The notes: generated by a model from the sequence alone, not told the origin. Counted from the first letter of the stretch, positions 1 through 10,898 are shown. The stretch is DNA of 64,000 nucleotides from Candidatus Doudnabacteria bacterium (GCA_038230955.1 JBBRMG010000002.1:1199-65198), one strand, 5' to 3'. Made by a program: numbers and translations.

Positions 1-2432
1 CCGGACCGACATGGCAACTCAATAACATCACCAGCTGGGTTAACTACTAACCCTTTCATGCCCGACATCTGAGTTAACTGAGAAGCGGAGCCACGAGCGC
101 CAGAAGTTACAATATAGTGTACCGATGTATGATCAACCACTGTTTGAACGACAGCTTTAGAAATCTTTTCAGAAGCTTCAGCCCATATTTCAATTACACG
201 ACCATAGCGTTCATCTTCTGTCAGCAAACCTTCCCGATGCTGTTCATACACAGTTTGAACTTCAGTGTCAGCTTTTTCTAACAGCTCATACTTAATTTGA
301 GGAATTGTCAGATCATCCATACCCCAAGAGATACCGGATTGTTTCATATAAGTGAAGCCGGTGCGCTTAATTTCATCAATCAGCTCGGCCGTTTTTTCAT
401 TACCAAACATACGATAAGCTTCACGAACCAAAGATTGCAATTTCTTCTTGTCGAACGCTTCGTTCCGATAACCTAGCTCTGGTGGGACAACCTTATTGAA
501 GATAACCCGACCAACTGACGTTTCTATTATTTCAGCGCTATCAAGTCTTACCTTGATGATTGCTTGAATGTCTACATACCCATTTTTGTAAGCCATAATA
601 GCTTCATCAGCATCAGTGAAAATTTTCCCTTCCCCTTTAGCTCCTTCTTTAGTCTTAGTAATATAGTAACACCCTACAACAACGTCTTTGTCAGGGGTCA
701 TAACCGGATCACCGGATGCAGGCTTGAGCAAATTATGAGCGGACACCATAATTTCGCGAGCTTCTTTCTGGGCGGCTTCGGTCAACGGAACGTGGACGGC
801 CATTTGGTCACCATCAAAGTCAGCATTGAATGCAGCACATACCATAGGGTGAAGCTGAATCGCTTTGCCTTCAATTAGTACCGGTTGGAAAGCTTGGAAT
901 CCCAAACGATGCAAAGTTGGCGCACGGTTTAATAGAACGTAATGGTCTTTGGTTACTTCTTCCAGAATATCGTAAACCTCAGTGCGACCTTGCTCAATTA
1001 ACCGGTTGGCGGAACGAACATTATGGGCGTACTCGCGCAAAATCAATTTAGAAATAACAAATGGTTTGAACAACTCCAAGGCCATCGCTTTAGGCAACCC
1101 ACACTGGTGTAGTTTCAAATGAGGACCCACAACAATAACGGAACGACCAGAGTAGTCGACGCGCTTACCGAGCAAGTTTTGGCGGAACCGACCCTGTTTG
1201 CCTTTCAGCATATCAGCTAGGGAACGTAGTTTGCGTTTCTGACCAGTAGAAGCAGTAACCTCTTTGCCATGACGAACCGAGTTATCGATTAACGCATCAA
1301 CTGCTTCCTGTAACATACGCTTTTCGTTGCGAGTAATAACTTCAGGAGCTTTAATCTCCAAAAGTTTCTTTAACCGATTATTACGATTAATAACACGGCG
1401 ATACAAATCATTTAAATCGGATGCAGCAAAACGACCACCATCCAATTGAACCATTGGTCGCAGGTCTGGTGGAATAACTGGCAGATATGAAATGAGCATC
1501 CATTCTGGACGTAATCCAGTTTTAACGAAAGCTTTCACTAACTTCACGCGGCGCAGTAATTTCTTGGCATTCATCCCTTCAGCAGTTTTCAGCTGACTTT
1601 CCAAATCTTGAGCTAACTCTTCCATGTTGATTTGTTCAAGTAAAGTTTTCAAAGCTTCAGCACCAATACCGGCAGTGAATACTGGACCGTACTTCAATGA
1701 CAAGTCACGGTAAGCCAACTCAGAAATAATAGTCATCTTTTTTATGCTCTTCAGTTCAGAGCGAGCTTGATCACGGATATCTTCCAGACTAGCCACTTCC
1801 TTAGCCCACAAATCTTTCATTGTGGTAATTTCAGCATCAATCCGAGCAGCAGCTACATCTGGGTCAACAGCTTTGCCTTTGCCAGTTGAAGCATGACCAG
1901 CAGAGGATCGAGTTTTCCCAATAAGTAATTCATAACGGGTTTCAATCTCTTTTTTCTTGGTCTTGAATTCGCCTTCAATCTGCTCTAAAGTAGCGACGCG
2001 GGCATCTTCGTCGACGCTCATAATAATGTATGATGCAAAATAAACGAGACGTTCTAATTCTTGAACACCGAGATCTAAGATTAAGCCTAAGCGGGAGGGC
2101 ACACTGCGCAGGAACCAAATATGCGCTACTGGAACGGCCAAAGTAATATGGCCCATGCGTTCGCGACGAACACTGGATTTAGTGACTTCAACGCCACACT
2201 TATCACAGACGATATTTTTGTAACGAATGCGCTTGTACTTGCCACAGTAACATTCCCAGTCCTTAATAGGACCAAAAATCTTTTCGTCGAACAAGCCATC
2301 CTTTTCCGGACGCTGAGTCCGATAGTTAATAGTTTCAGGTTTGGTCACTTCCCCATGAGACCATTCCAAAATGGTATCGGGAGAAGCTAGTTTAATTTTT
2401 ACGCCTTTAAATTCTTCGGTTTGTGTAAACAT
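1..2432 (-). CDS. rpoC: DNA-directed RNA polymerase subunit beta' (5' part; runs off the window edge)
   Basis: ATG at 2432 on the minus strand. Translation reads [55 protein letters not shown]...[21 protein letters not shown], the zinc-binding N-terminus of beta'. It lies immediately downstream of rpoB. It is missing from the ORF track because it is open to position 1. Confidence 0.9.
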   Translation of the reverse strand, partial: MFTQTEEFKGVKIKLASPDTILEWSHGEVTKPETINYRTQRPEKDGLFDEKIFGPIKDWECYCGKYKRIRYKNIVCDKCGVEVTKSSVRRERMGHITLAVPVAHIWFLRSVPSRLGLILDLGVQELERLVYFASYIIMSVDEDARVATLEQIEGEFKTKKKEIETRYELLIGKTRSSAGHASTGKGKAVDPDVAAARIDAEITTMKDLWAKEVASLEDIRDQARSELKSIKKMTIISELAYRDLSLKYGPVFTAGIGAEALKTLLEQINMEELAQDLESQLKTAEGMNAKKLLRRVKLVKAFVKTGLRPEWMLISYLPVIPPDLRPMVQLDGGRFAASDLNDLYRRVINRNNRLKKLLEIKAPEVITRNEKRMLQEAVDALIDNSVRHGKEVTASTGQKRKLRSLADMLKGKQGRFRQNLLGKRVDYSGRSVIVVGPHLKLHQCGLPKAMALELFKPFVISKLILREYAHNVRSANRLIEQGRTEVYDILEEVTKDHYVLLNRAPTLHRLGFQAFQPVLIEGKAIQLHPMVCAAFNADFDGDQMAVHVPLTEAAQKEAREIMVSAHNLLKPASGDPVMTPDKDVVVGCYYITKTKEGAKGEGKIFTDADEAIMAYKNGYVDIQAIIKVRLDSAEIIETSVGRVIFNKVVPPELGYRNEAFDKKKLQSLVREAYRMFGNEKTAELIDEIKRTGFTYMKQSGISWGMDDLTIPQIKYELLEKADTEVQTVYEQHREGLLTEDERYGRVIEIWAEASEKISKAVVQTVVDHTSVHYIVTSGARGSASQLTQMSGMKGLVVNPAGDVIELPCRS

Positions 2433-2469
2433 AGAGTTATATAGTGTGAATGAAAGAAAATTGGTTTAG

Positions 2470-5400
2470 CTATTTCGCCTTTTCTTTCTTTTTCTTCTTG
2501 TCCAATGCCTTGCGATCTTCTTCATCGAACAAGGTCATTGGGTTAACTTCTGCCACTACTGGGAGGGGTTCGTCGACCACGGTCGCCCCTGCGGCTTCAC
2601 CGGAAATAATTTGTCCGGCTCCACCAATCAGTTCTACATCTAGACCTAAGCTTTGTAATTCTTTAACTAATACACGGAACGATTCAGGGATGTTCGGTTT
2701 CTTAATCATTTCGCCTTTCACGATCGCTTCGTATGTTTTACTCCGTCCGACAACGTCATCAGACTTAATCGTTAACATTTCTTGTAGCGTATGAGCGGCA
2801 CCGTAACCTTCCAAAGCCCATACTTCCATTTCACCGAAACGCTGGCCACCAAATTGAGCTTTACCACCCAGCGGTTGCTGAGTAATAAGAGAGTACGGTC
2901 CAGTAGAACGAGCGTGCATCTTGTCGTCTACTAAGTGATGCAGTTTCAACATGTAAGCCACACCAACAGTAACCGGCTTGTCGAACGCTTCACCGGTCTT
3001 ACCGTCATGCAATACAACTTTACCGTTTGTCGGAATTCCGGCCTTTTCTAATTCCGCTTTAATCTGAGTTTCCGTGATACCATCAAGAACCGGTGTAGCA
3101 ACTTTATAACCAAGCTTGTGAGCAGCAAAGCCCATATGGGTTTCTAGCACCTGACCCAAGTTCATACGAGACACAATACCAAGTGGGTTCAAAACAATAT
3201 CTACTGGGGTACCGTCAGCCATAAATGGCATGTCTTCTACTGGGATAATACGGGAGATAACCCCTTTGTTACCGTGACGGCCAGCCATTTTATCACCAAC
3301 CTGAATTTTACGAAGCACGGCAATGGAAACTTGAATAGAACGGATAACACCGGACTGCAACTTGTCGCCTTGGTCACGATTGAATTCGCGGATCTGAACA
3401 ACTTTCCCGTATTCACCATGAGGCAAGTTCAAAGAAGTGTCTTTTACATCTCGAGACTTTTCACCGAAAATAACACGCAACAGTTTTTCTTCAGCAGTCA
3501 AATCGGTTTCACCCTTAGGAGTAATTTTACCTACCAAAATGTCACCGGCTTTGACCTGAGCACCAATGCGAACGACACCGGTTTCATCAAGGTTCTTCAA
3601 TTTTTCTTCACCAATGTTTGGGATGTCGCGAGTGACAACTTCCGGACCCAACTTGGTGTCGCGAATATCAATTTTAAAATCTTCAATATGGACAGAACTA
3701 TACATGTCATCTTGTACTAAGCGAGAAGACAACAAAATAGCGTCTTCATAGTTACCGCCTTCCCAAGACAGGAAAGCAATTAATACGTTTTGGCCTAGAG
3801 CCAGTTCGCCATTTTCTGTTGATGTTCCATCAGCCAACACATCGCCGGCTTTTACTTTTTGGCCGCGGTCAACTCGAGCCAGCTGATTGATAGCTGTTCC
3901 GCTGTTGGTACGAATGAATTTGAGTAACGGATAGTCTTTCTTTTTGCCGGAATCGAATTGCACGGAAATCTTATCACCGGCGACAGCTGTGACTTCACCA
4001 TCTTCGTCAGACACAATCACCTGACCGGAATCACGAGCGGCTTTAGCTTCCATACCGGTGCCAATAATCGGAGCTCTGGGAACAATGCAAGAAACGGCTT
4101 GGCGTTGCATGTTCGATCCCATCAAAGCACGGTTAGCATCATCGTGCTCCAAGAACGGAATTAACGAAGTGGTAACGGAAATGATTTGCTTTGGTGAAAT
4201 GTCGACACAGTCGATGCCTTCAGTTTCAGCAATAGTCGGCACACCGTGGACCCGAATGGATTCACGTTCTCTCAGGAAGTAGCCTTTTTCATCCAACTCA
4301 ATGTTCGCCTGACCAATAGTCAGTCTTTCTTCTTCGTAGGCATCGAGGTATTCAATCTTTTTTGTCAGATGAGTCTTAATGCGAATTTCTGCCAAATCCT
4401 GTATGCTGTGAAGTTTCTTGGCATCAACTTCGGTCATGTGAGAGCCAGCTGTAACCACAACATTGCCCTTATCATCTTTTACATCATAGAGGGCAATTTC
4501 ACCGACTGCATCTTTGCCGTCGTTCTTGGCATTCTTCTTGGCCATGCGGTATGGAGTTTCGATAAAACCGAAGTCATTCAAGCGGGCATAAGTAGCTAAG
4601 TGGGCAACCAAACCAATGTTTGGTCCTTCAGGTGTTGTAATTGGGCAAAGACGACCGTAGTGAGACCGATGTACGTCACGCACTTCGAATCCGGCACGCT
4701 CACGAGACAAACCACCAGGACCCATGGCAGACAAACGGCGCTTGTGCTCTAGTTCAGCCAACGGATTGGTCTGATCCATAAACTGAGACAACTGAGATGA
4801 AGAGAAAAATTCCTGCATGGCTGCAACAATCGGGCGGATGTGAATTAACTGAGCCGGAGTAACTGTATCGAGGTCAGCTAAGGACATGCGGTCTTTGGCG
4901 ATGCGGGACATACGAGCTAAACCAACACGGTAGCGAGTCTGAATAAGTTCACCGACAGCACGAACGCGACGGTTAGCTAAATGGTCAATGTCATCAGCAG
5001 GAGCTTGCTCGTTGTTTAGTCGGATAATTTCTTTGACCACAGCGGTCATATCTTCTAGGGTCAAAATGCGAGAGTCAGTGTCGTGGTCGTAATTAGAGCG
5101 CTGGTTGAATTTGTAACGGCCAACTTCAGAAAGATCGTACCGTTCAAAGTTGAAGAACATAGCGCTAATTAACGAACGAGCGTTATCAACAGTTGCCAAA
5201 TCACCCGGACGAATTCTTTTATATACTTCTTTAAATCCTTCATCAGCATTTGTACTCGGATCTTTTTCTAGAGTGGCGGCAATGTAACGCACATCAGGGT
5301 TGGTGTCGAACTCTTTGAAAGCGGCCATGATCTCATCATTAGTAGACAAACCGAACACACGCAGTAAGGCAGTAATAGGGATACGGCGTTTGCGGTCAAT

Positions 5401-5973
5401 TTTTACACCAATGACATTGGAATTGTCAGTGTCCAGCTCTAACCAAGCTCCACGGTTTGGGACAATCTTTGCCCCGTAAACATTTTTGCCACGCGAAAAC
5501 TCCGATGTGTAAAACACACCGGGAGATTTGATCAACTGAGATACGACAACGCGCTCCACACCATTGATAACAAATGTGCCGCGGTTAGTCATCAGGGGGA
5601 AATCGCCGAAGTAAACGTCCTGAGTCTTGGTCTTGCCTGTAACTTTGTTAACTAATTTGGCAGATACATACAACGGTGCTTCGTATGTAGTATTGCGCTC
5701 GCGTGACGTATTTTCATCATACTTTGGTTTGTCGAAAAAATAATCGCCAAATGTTAATTCTAAATTCTTGCCCGTAAAATCTTTAATCGGATTAATTTCG
5801 GACAACAGCTCCTTTAAACCCTTTTCAAAAAACCACTTGTACGAATTGAGTTGAATCTCAATAAGATTTGGCAACTGAGCTGTCTCATGCTGCTTGGTAA
5901 AGAATTTGCGCGGGCTAATTGATGTGGCTGGAGACACAACAACACTGGCGTCTGACTTTGCCTTGGATGACAT
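2470..5973 (-). CDS. rpoB: DNA-directed RNA polymerase subunit beta
   Basis: 1180-aa ORF (2470..6012) with the GKAQFGGQRFGEMEVWALEGYGAAHTLQEMLTIKSDD signature. The start is probably the internal ATG at 5973 (MSSKAKSD...), which is preceded by AGGGGAA; the 6012 start is the alternative. Confidence 0.93.
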   Translation of the reverse strand: MSSKAKSDASVVVSPATSISPRKFFTKQHETAQLPNLIEIQLNSYKWFFEKGLKELLSEINPIKDFTGKNLELTFGDYFFDKPKYDENTSRERNTTYEAPLYVSAKLVNKVTGKTKTQDVYFGDFPLMTNRGTFVINGVERVVVSQLIKSPGVFYTSEFSRGKNVYGAKIVPNRGAWLELDTDNSNVIGVKIDRKRRIPITALLRVFGLSTNDEIMAAFKEFDTNPDVRYIAATLEKDPSTNADEGFKEVYKRIRPGDLATVDNARSLISAMFFNFERYDLSEVGRYKFNQRSNYDHDTDSRILTLEDMTAVVKEIIRLNNEQAPADDIDHLANRRVRAVGELIQTRYRVGLARMSRIAKDRMSLADLDTVTPAQLIHIRPIVAAMQEFFSSSQLSQFMDQTNPLAELEHKRRLSAMGPGGLSRERAGFEVRDVHRSHYGRLCPITTPEGPNIGLVAHLATYARLNDFGFIETPYRMAKKNAKNDGKDAVGEIALYDVKDDKGNVVVTAGSHMTEVDAKKLHSIQDLAEIRIKTHLTKKIEYLDAYEEERLTIGQANIELDEKGYFLRERESIRVHGVPTIAETEGIDCVDISPKQIISVTTSLIPFLEHDDANRALMGSNMQRQAVSCIVPRAPIIGTGMEAKAARDSGQVIVSDEDGEVTAVAGDKISVQFDSGKKKDYPLLKFIRTNSGTAINQLARVDRGQKVKAGDVLADGTSTENGELALGQNVLIAFLSWEGGNYEDAILLSSRLVQDDMYSSVHIEDFKIDIRDTKLGPEVVTRDIPNIGEEKLKNLDETGVVRIGAQVKAGDILVGKITPKGETDLTAEEKLLRVIFGEKSRDVKDTSLNLPHGEYGKVVQIREFNRDQGDKLQSGVIRSIQVSIAVLRKIQVGDKMAGRHGNKGVISRIIPVEDMPFMADGTPVDIVLNPLGIVSRMNLGQVLETHMGFAAHKLGYKVATPVLDGITETQIKAELEKAGIPTNGKVVLHDGKTGEAFDKPVTVGVAYMLKLHHLVDDKMHARSTGPYSLITQQPLGGKAQFGGQRFGEMEVWALEGYGAAHTLQEMLTIKSDDVVGRSKTYEAIVKGEMIKKPNIPESFRVLVKELQSLGLDVELIGGAGQIISGEAAGATVVDEPLPVVAEVNPMTLFDEEDRKALDKKKKKEKAK

Positions 5974-6327
5974 GCGAGTACACTTCCCCTGTGCGCACAC
6001 GGCTGTACGCATTGGCTTAATTATGTAATTTTACTTCAAAAGTACTTTGAAATTTTGATTTTGAAAAAACTCGGAGAACCAAAAACACGATTGTGCGATA
6101 TAAAAAAGGTGTAAATAAGCGGGGTTTTTCCAGCAACGTTCTTGAATACAAAAAAATGCATCCCTCCTTGCATACGCAAAAAAGGGAGGCTTTAGAATTA
6201 GCCTTATTTTCCTATGAGATTGTGCACAAATTCATTCTAGCAGTCAAGAAAAACTTGTCAAGTTTATTTCTGCTGAAAACAAGAACAAGTACATTAACCT
6301 CTTAAACAAAGGGGTTTATCGTTATAG

Positions 6328-6428
6328 CCTATCCCTGTGTGTCCTAGGAAACTAGCGCTCCATTCTCTGCGCCCTACGGGCTAGCTCATGGTCGCTTAAT
6401 AGTTTCTTTCGGACATCACAGGGATAGG
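6328..6428. repeat. long-hairpin structured element, copy A (possible ncRNA)
   Basis: Perfect 12-bp outer stem cctatccctgtg/cacagggatagg extended by tgtcc/ggaca. Inner helix gaaacta (6348-6354) / tagtttc (6400-6406). The 5' flank ttaaacaaagggg.tttatc is shared with copy B. Confidence 0.55.
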
Positions 6429-6462
6429 CACAGATAGACCCTTTAAACAAGGAGGATTTATC

Positions 6463-6564
6463 CATCTGTACTGTATACCACAAATAAACTATTGAGCGAA
6501 TAAGTTGCTAGCCGAAGGCGCAGCAACTCGAGCGATTAGTTTATGGGGGTATACAGTACAGATG
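6463..6564. repeat. long-hairpin structured element, copy B (tandem with copy A)
   Basis: Perfect 17-bp outer stem catctgtactgtatacc/ggtatacagtacagatg. Inner aaacta/tagttt helix and an agttgct/agcaact hairpin. The flanks match copy A but the outer stem sequence is completely different (compensatory change). Confidence 0.55.
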
Positions 6565-6594
6565 CACACATAAAAAACCCTTATTCAAAGACAA

Positions 6595-7149
6595 TTATTC
6601 TATAATATCCCCCATTGGGTAGCCACTGACATCAATACTCCACAGAACCATATTCTTCTTTTTATAGCGCCAGTAAGCAGCGGGGGTGGCTAATCCTCGC
6701 TTTTCTCCCTGTTTTCCTATTAAATACACAGTCCTATGATCCAAAATGTCCAGAACCAAGCTACCAGGTTTAGCCCTCTTAGTGGGTCCTTCTACTAATT
6801 GCTTATCTGCTTCATTTGCGGCCACAATCCGAGAAAGCCTATAGTTATAAGTTAAAAACTCATTCAAACTGGCAAATCCCTGCTTATACCCTTTGCCTAC
6901 CAGAAATATAGTCGGACCACTCCGCACCAAAGTACTCGGTTTATGCGGAAAAGTCGACGTAGTCTGGGCTTGGACTAGTCGCGGCAGATATAAGACTGCG
7001 GTTAGAGCTACAGAGGCGAGCCCAGCTACCAATCCCATAGCCCCAAGCACTAATCTATATCTTAATTTATTCATAAGCAAACTTGTTAATGACTTTCTCA
7101 GGATAACAAAGCATGGGTGAATAAACGCTAAAGAAAAGCTCAATTGCAA
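6595..7149 (-). CDS. hypothetical membrane-anchored protein
   Basis: 184-aa ORF with one N-terminal TM helix (LVLGAMGLVAGLASVALTAVLYL). No motif recognised. Confidence 0.5.
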   Translation of the reverse strand: MQLSFSLAFIHPCFVILRKSLTSLLMNKLRYRLVLGAMGLVAGLASVALTAVLYLPRLVQAQTTSTFPHKPSTLVRSGPTIFLVGKGYKQGFASLNEFLTYNYRLSRIVAANEADKQLVEGPTKRAKPGSLVLDILDHRTVYLIGKQGEKRGLATPAAYWRYKKKNMVLWSIDVSGYPMGDIIE

Positions 7150-7173
7150 CTAAAAAATGCTATACTACAGCAT

Positions 7174-7731
7174 ATGATTGCTTTTTTACGGGGAATTATC
7201 CTTCAAAAGACTCTGACTTTCCTAATAGTAGAGCGGAATGACATTGGTTATAAAGTATTTGTTACCCCGGAACTATTAGATCACCCAATCGGAGCCGAAG
7301 TTCAGCTCTATACTTACTTGAAAACGTCTGATGACGGGCAGACCCTATTTGGCATGCCTGACTTCCCTACTCTTCAATTCTTTGAACTTCTGATTACGGT
7401 AACTAGCGTTGGTCCCAAAATGGCTATTACAATTGTGTCCGCAGCCAAGCTCGATGTCCTCCAACAAGCAATTGCCAGCGGAGATGCGGGGATCTTTACT
7501 CGTATGTCTGGTGTTGGCAATAAAACAGCGGAACGCATTATCCTTGAACTTAAAAATAAAATGAATGTTGGACTAGGCACAACATCTAGCGGCGGTACTG
7601 ACTTATTCGACGCATTGCTCTCGCTTGGCTACAACCCACGAGAGGCTCGGGAAGTCTTGCCAAAAATAGATACCACTGCTGACACCCAGGAACAATTGAA
7701 GCAAGCTCTAAAACTTATTTCTCATAGCTAA
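7174..7731 (+). CDS. ruvA: Holliday junction branch migration protein RuvA
   Basis: MIAFLRGII...GYKVFV...SVGPKMAI...GVGNKTAERIILELK motifs. Internal start chosen to match canonical RuvA N-termini. Confidence 0.85.
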   Translation: MIAFLRGIILQKTLTFLIVERNDIGYKVFVTPELLDHPIGAEVQLYTYLKTSDDGQTLFGMPDFPTLQFFELLITVTSVGPKMAITIVSAAKLDVLQQAIASGDAGIFTRMSGVGNKTAERIILELKNKMNVGLGTTSSGGTDLFDALLSLGYNPREAREVLPKIDTTADTQEQLKQALKLISHS

Positions 7732-7737
7732 TATTTT

Positions 7738-8739
7738 ATGCAGTACGAGCAACTGACAGAAACCAATCGAACAGAATACGACACTTTTATAGCCGCCCAT
7801 CCGAGCGGCTCGTTTTTACAATCGTGGCAATGGGGGGAGTGGCAAAAACAATCTGGCCACGAACCGGTTCGAATCATAATTAGGGCTAATGACCAAATAG
7901 TTGCGGCTACTCAAGTACTCAAAACTCGCATTCCTCGGATGAGCAAATATTATTTATACATTCCTTACGGACCACTCTTTACCAATGAGGCTGCTGCGTC
8001 GTTCCTTATTGGCCAATTGAAAACCAATTTTCCCAATGCGTTATTTTTGCGAATTGAGCCTAAGCAAGAATTGCCATTAATCGGCAAGCCCACTGTTCAT
8101 ATTCAGCCAGGCAAAACCGCAGTGTTGAATTTAAATCAAAGTGTTGATGAATTATTGACTAGCATGCATCAAAAAACTCGATACAACATTAAGGTAGCTC
8201 AAAAACACGGCATTGTTGTCCAAGCTGAACCAGTCATCACGCCGCGGCACGGTTTACACTTAACAGAAGCAGTCGATCTTTTGGTCACAACGGCTACAAG
8301 ACAAAATTACAGAAGTCATGGTCGGGCTTATTACGAAAAGTTGATTGATTTTTTTTCAATCACTTTGAACAGTACCAGCAACTGCACCATCTCAGTATAT
8401 AAAGCATTGCTAGGAACGGAACTACTAGCAGTTGCGCTAATGGTCGACTTCGGTACAACACGCACGTATTTATTTGGTGGCAGTGCGGATAGTCATCGCA
8501 ATGCAATGGCTCCTTATGCAATGCACTGGCAAGCCATGCAAGACGCCAAGAGCCAAGGCCAAGCGTACTACGATTTGTGGGGTACGGAAACTGCGTCAGG
8601 ACAAACCGCAGGCTTTGTTAGATTTAAACTGGGTTGGGGCGGTGAAGATATTGCCTACCCTTCTCCCAAAGATATCATCTACAAACCACTGTGGTATAAT
8701 TTGTACGCGATTCTGCGAAAAGTAAATAGAAAACTTTAA
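7738..8739 (+). CDS. FemAB-family peptidoglycan bridge-forming aminoacyltransferase
   Basis: SFLQSWQWGEW N-terminus, KTRYNIKVAQKHGI, YDLWG...GFVRFKLGWGG. These are typical of FemA/FemX (PF02388). Confidence 0.7.
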   Translation: MQYEQLTETNRTEYDTFIAAHPSGSFLQSWQWGEWQKQSGHEPVRIIIRANDQIVAATQVLKTRIPRMSKYYLYIPYGPLFTNEAAASFLIGQLKTNFPNALFLRIEPKQELPLIGKPTVHIQPGKTAVLNLNQSVDELLTSMHQKTRYNIKVAQKHGIVVQAEPVITPRHGLHLTEAVDLLVTTATRQNYRSHGRAYYEKLIDFFSITLNSTSNCTISVYKALLGTELLAVALMVDFGTTRTYLFGGSADSHRNAMAPYAMHWQAMQDAKSQGQAYYDLWGTETASGQTAGFVRFKLGWGGEDIAYPSPKDIIYKPLWYNLYAILRKVNRKL

Positions 8740-8741
8740 TA

Positions 8742-10088
8742 ATGGGGCTATTTAAAACTATAAAAAATATTGGGCGCGGTGTAATTCCCACATCAATATT
8801 CAAAGCACTACAACCTCTTTACCATGGAATGAATGCCCTCATTGCCACCGTTTATTACGCCCGACCCAGTGAAAAAATGATCATTGTTGGTGTCACCGGT
8901 ACAGCGGGAAAATCCACCACCATTAACGCACTCGCTCACATTCTTAATAGGACTGGTCATAAAACCGGCTTCATTACCACCACTAATTACAATAATGGCC
9001 GCGCAGAGGTACTGAACAAACACGGAGTGAGCATGCCGGGCGGGTGGCTCCTCCAACAACAGTTACGCGAAATCGCCAACAACGGTTGTCGTTATGCCAT
9101 TGTCGAGTGTACTTCAGAAGGGTTAGCCCAAAACCGACATTTGGGTATTAATTTTGACATGGCTCTGCTAACTAACTTAACTCCAGCACATTTAGAAACT
9201 CACGGTGGGTTTGAAAATTATCGCGCTGCTAAAGCTCGCCTATTTATAGCACTCAACGCTAGCAACAAGAAAAAATTATTCGAACAAAAAATAATTGGGG
9301 TTAATTTGGATGATGACAATGCCGATTATTTTTTACAATTCAAAAGTGAAAAAAAATTCGGAATTACTTTTAGTGACCAACAAAGCAATGATTATTCAAC
9401 AGATCAAACCTATTCGGCCACGCTTGTCACTTCTGAGCCCCAAGTTTGTTTTTCCATGGGTGATATCCAATTCAACAATGCTCTCATTGGGAAGTTTAAT
9501 GCGTACAACTTGGCATTGGCTGTCGCTGCTGCCAATGTTTTGGGGACAGGATTGAATCAAAGCGCAGAGGCATTAAAAAGTTTTATTGGGGTACCAGGAC
9601 GCATGGAAAAAATCGCTAATACTCGCGGGATCACAATTATTGTTGACTTTGCTTGTGAACCCCAACCCATGATTAGTTGTTTGGCCTCAGTCAGTAAACT
9701 GCCGCACAACAAATTAATTCACGTATTCGGATCTACAGGCGGCGCCCGTGATATCTCAAAAAGATTTTCATTTGGTCAATCATCAGCCCGCGTTGCTGAC
9801 ACTATGATTATTACTAACGATGATGTATATGAATCCAATCCGACAGAAATTGCTGACCAGATTAAACAAGGTGCCGAGCGATTGCCTGCTGCAGAACATC
9901 ACGTCCAAAAAATAATCACAACTCTCGATCGTCGCCAAGCTATTCGCGAAGCACTGCAATTAGCTCAAGAAGGAGACATTGTCCTCGTTACAGGGAAGGG
10001 CTCAGAACAATTCTTGTCACTACCAGGTAACAAACGGATTGAGTGGGATGACCGGACAGTTGTGCAAGAGGAACTAACCCGATTATGA
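8742..10088 (+). CDS. Mur ligase family protein (MurE-like UDP-MurNAc-peptide ligase)
   Basis: P-loop GVTGTAGKSTT, TPAHLETHGGFENYRAAKARLF, GKFNAYNLALAVAAA, GVPGRMEKI. Adjacent to FemAB. Confidence 0.75.
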   Translation: MGLFKTIKNIGRGVIPTSIFKALQPLYHGMNALIATVYYARPSEKMIIVGVTGTAGKSTTINALAHILNRTGHKTGFITTTNYNNGRAEVLNKHGVSMPGGWLLQQQLREIANNGCRYAIVECTSEGLAQNRHLGINFDMALLTNLTPAHLETHGGFENYRAAKARLFIALNASNKKKLFEQKIIGVNLDDDNADYFLQFKSEKKFGITFSDQQSNDYSTDQTYSATLVTSEPQVCFSMGDIQFNNALIGKFNAYNLALAVAAANVLGTGLNQSAEALKSFIGVPGRMEKIANTRGITIIVDFACEPQPMISCLASVSKLPHNKLIHVFGSTGGARDISKRFSFGQSSARVADTMIITNDDVYESNPTEIADQIKQGAERLPAAEHHVQKIITTLDRRQAIREALQLAQEGDIVLVTGKGSEQFLSLPGNKRIEWDDRTVVQEELTRL

Positions 10089-10486
10089 TTTTATTTATCA
10101 ACACTAGTGAGTTTAACGGATTGCACTTTGCTTTAATTAGCAATACACCGGTCGGCATTAAAAAAGAGTTAACGAAAACTTTGGCTTACAACGAGAATTA
10201 CAAAACAGCAGCGCTACTAGTTCAATTCATGAAATCCGCTCACGTTAGTCCCAAGAGTTTAACCAAAATTATAGCTTGCTCTGGTCCAGGTTCATTCACC
10301 GGTATTCGAGTAGGAATAGCTCTCACTCAAGCTATGGGCTTTGCCTTAGATATTCCTGTGATTGCCATAAAAAAACTGCAAATCCCAACAGACTTGCGCA
10401 AACTTGTTTCCATGCGGGGAAGCAAGGCCACCACTCTCAATTATGGGATGAAGCCGCGTATTACCAAAGCCAAAAAGAAAGATTGA
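10085..10486 (+). CDS. tsaB: tRNA threonylcarbamoyladenosine biosynthesis protein TsaB (short form)
   Basis: CSGPGSFTGIRVGIALTQAMGFALDIPV motif of the YeaZ/TsaB family. ATGA overlap with the upstream gene. Confidence 0.75.
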   Translation: MILFINTSEFNGLHFALISNTPVGIKKELTKTLAYNENYKTAALLVQFMKSAHVSPKSLTKIIACSGPGSFTGIRVGIALTQAMGFALDIPVIAIKKLQIPTDLRKLVSMRGSKATTLNYGMKPRITKAKKKD

Positions 10487-10560
10487 CGGCAACGTATATT
10501 TTATCTAAAATAGGGTTTCAGATGAACGACCAAACATAGACAACGGAGGAAATAGCAGCA

Positions 10561-10764
10561 ATGGGAAATAGAAAAAGTCGAAACGACAATTGGAATAACG
10601 GCAACAAAAAGAATAAATATCGCTCTCGGCCAAAATATTATGCCCTCGGCTCAACCATTGCAGCACCCGCTGCAAGAACGCCCGTCGGCAAAAGCATCAG
10701 TGTATTTAACAACACTCCCATTATCCCTTATGTGACGTCGGGGATAGGCTTTGCGCCTATGTGA
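10561..10764 (+). CDS. small hypothetical protein (basic Gly/Asn-rich N-terminus, hydrophobic C-terminus)
   Basis: 67-aa ORF with a strong GGAGG RBS 10 nt upstream. Followed by a perfect ggcgtc-taa-gacgcc hairpin and a terminator. Confidence 0.35.
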   Translation: MGNRKSRNDNWNNGNKKNKYRSRPKYYALGSTIAAPAARTPVGKSISVFNNTPIIPYVTSGIGFAPM

Positions 10765-10860
10765 CTATTGGCCATCATGGCTATCTTCTTGTTCCAAGTG
10801 GCGTCTAAGACGCCTGCCATAAGAATGTAACGGCCGCAACCATGCAGCGTGTAAAACTCT

Positions 10861-10898
10861 GAGTAGAAGCGATTTATGCTTCTACTCTTTTCTTTTTC
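10861..10898 (+). terminator. rho-independent terminator
   Basis: gagtagaagc / gcttctactc stem followed by ttttcttttt. Confidence 0.6.

Noticed and set aside
3237-4599. Multiple 60-150-aa ORFs on the plus strand inside rpoB (for example 3274..3720, 4246..4599)
   Set aside because: They are antisense shadow ORFs entirely within a highly conserved essential gene. No RBS and no independent support.
6093-6305. 70-aa plus-strand ORF in the rpoB upstream leader
   Set aside because: Lies in the opposite orientation within the probable rpoB promoter/leader. No RBS. The composition looks non-coding.
6297-6585. Possible mini-CRISPR array (two repeated units with palindromic cores)
   Set aside because: Only two units. 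The units are ~140 nt with long variable stems rather than 28-37-nt identical repeats separated by spacers. No cas genes are nearby.
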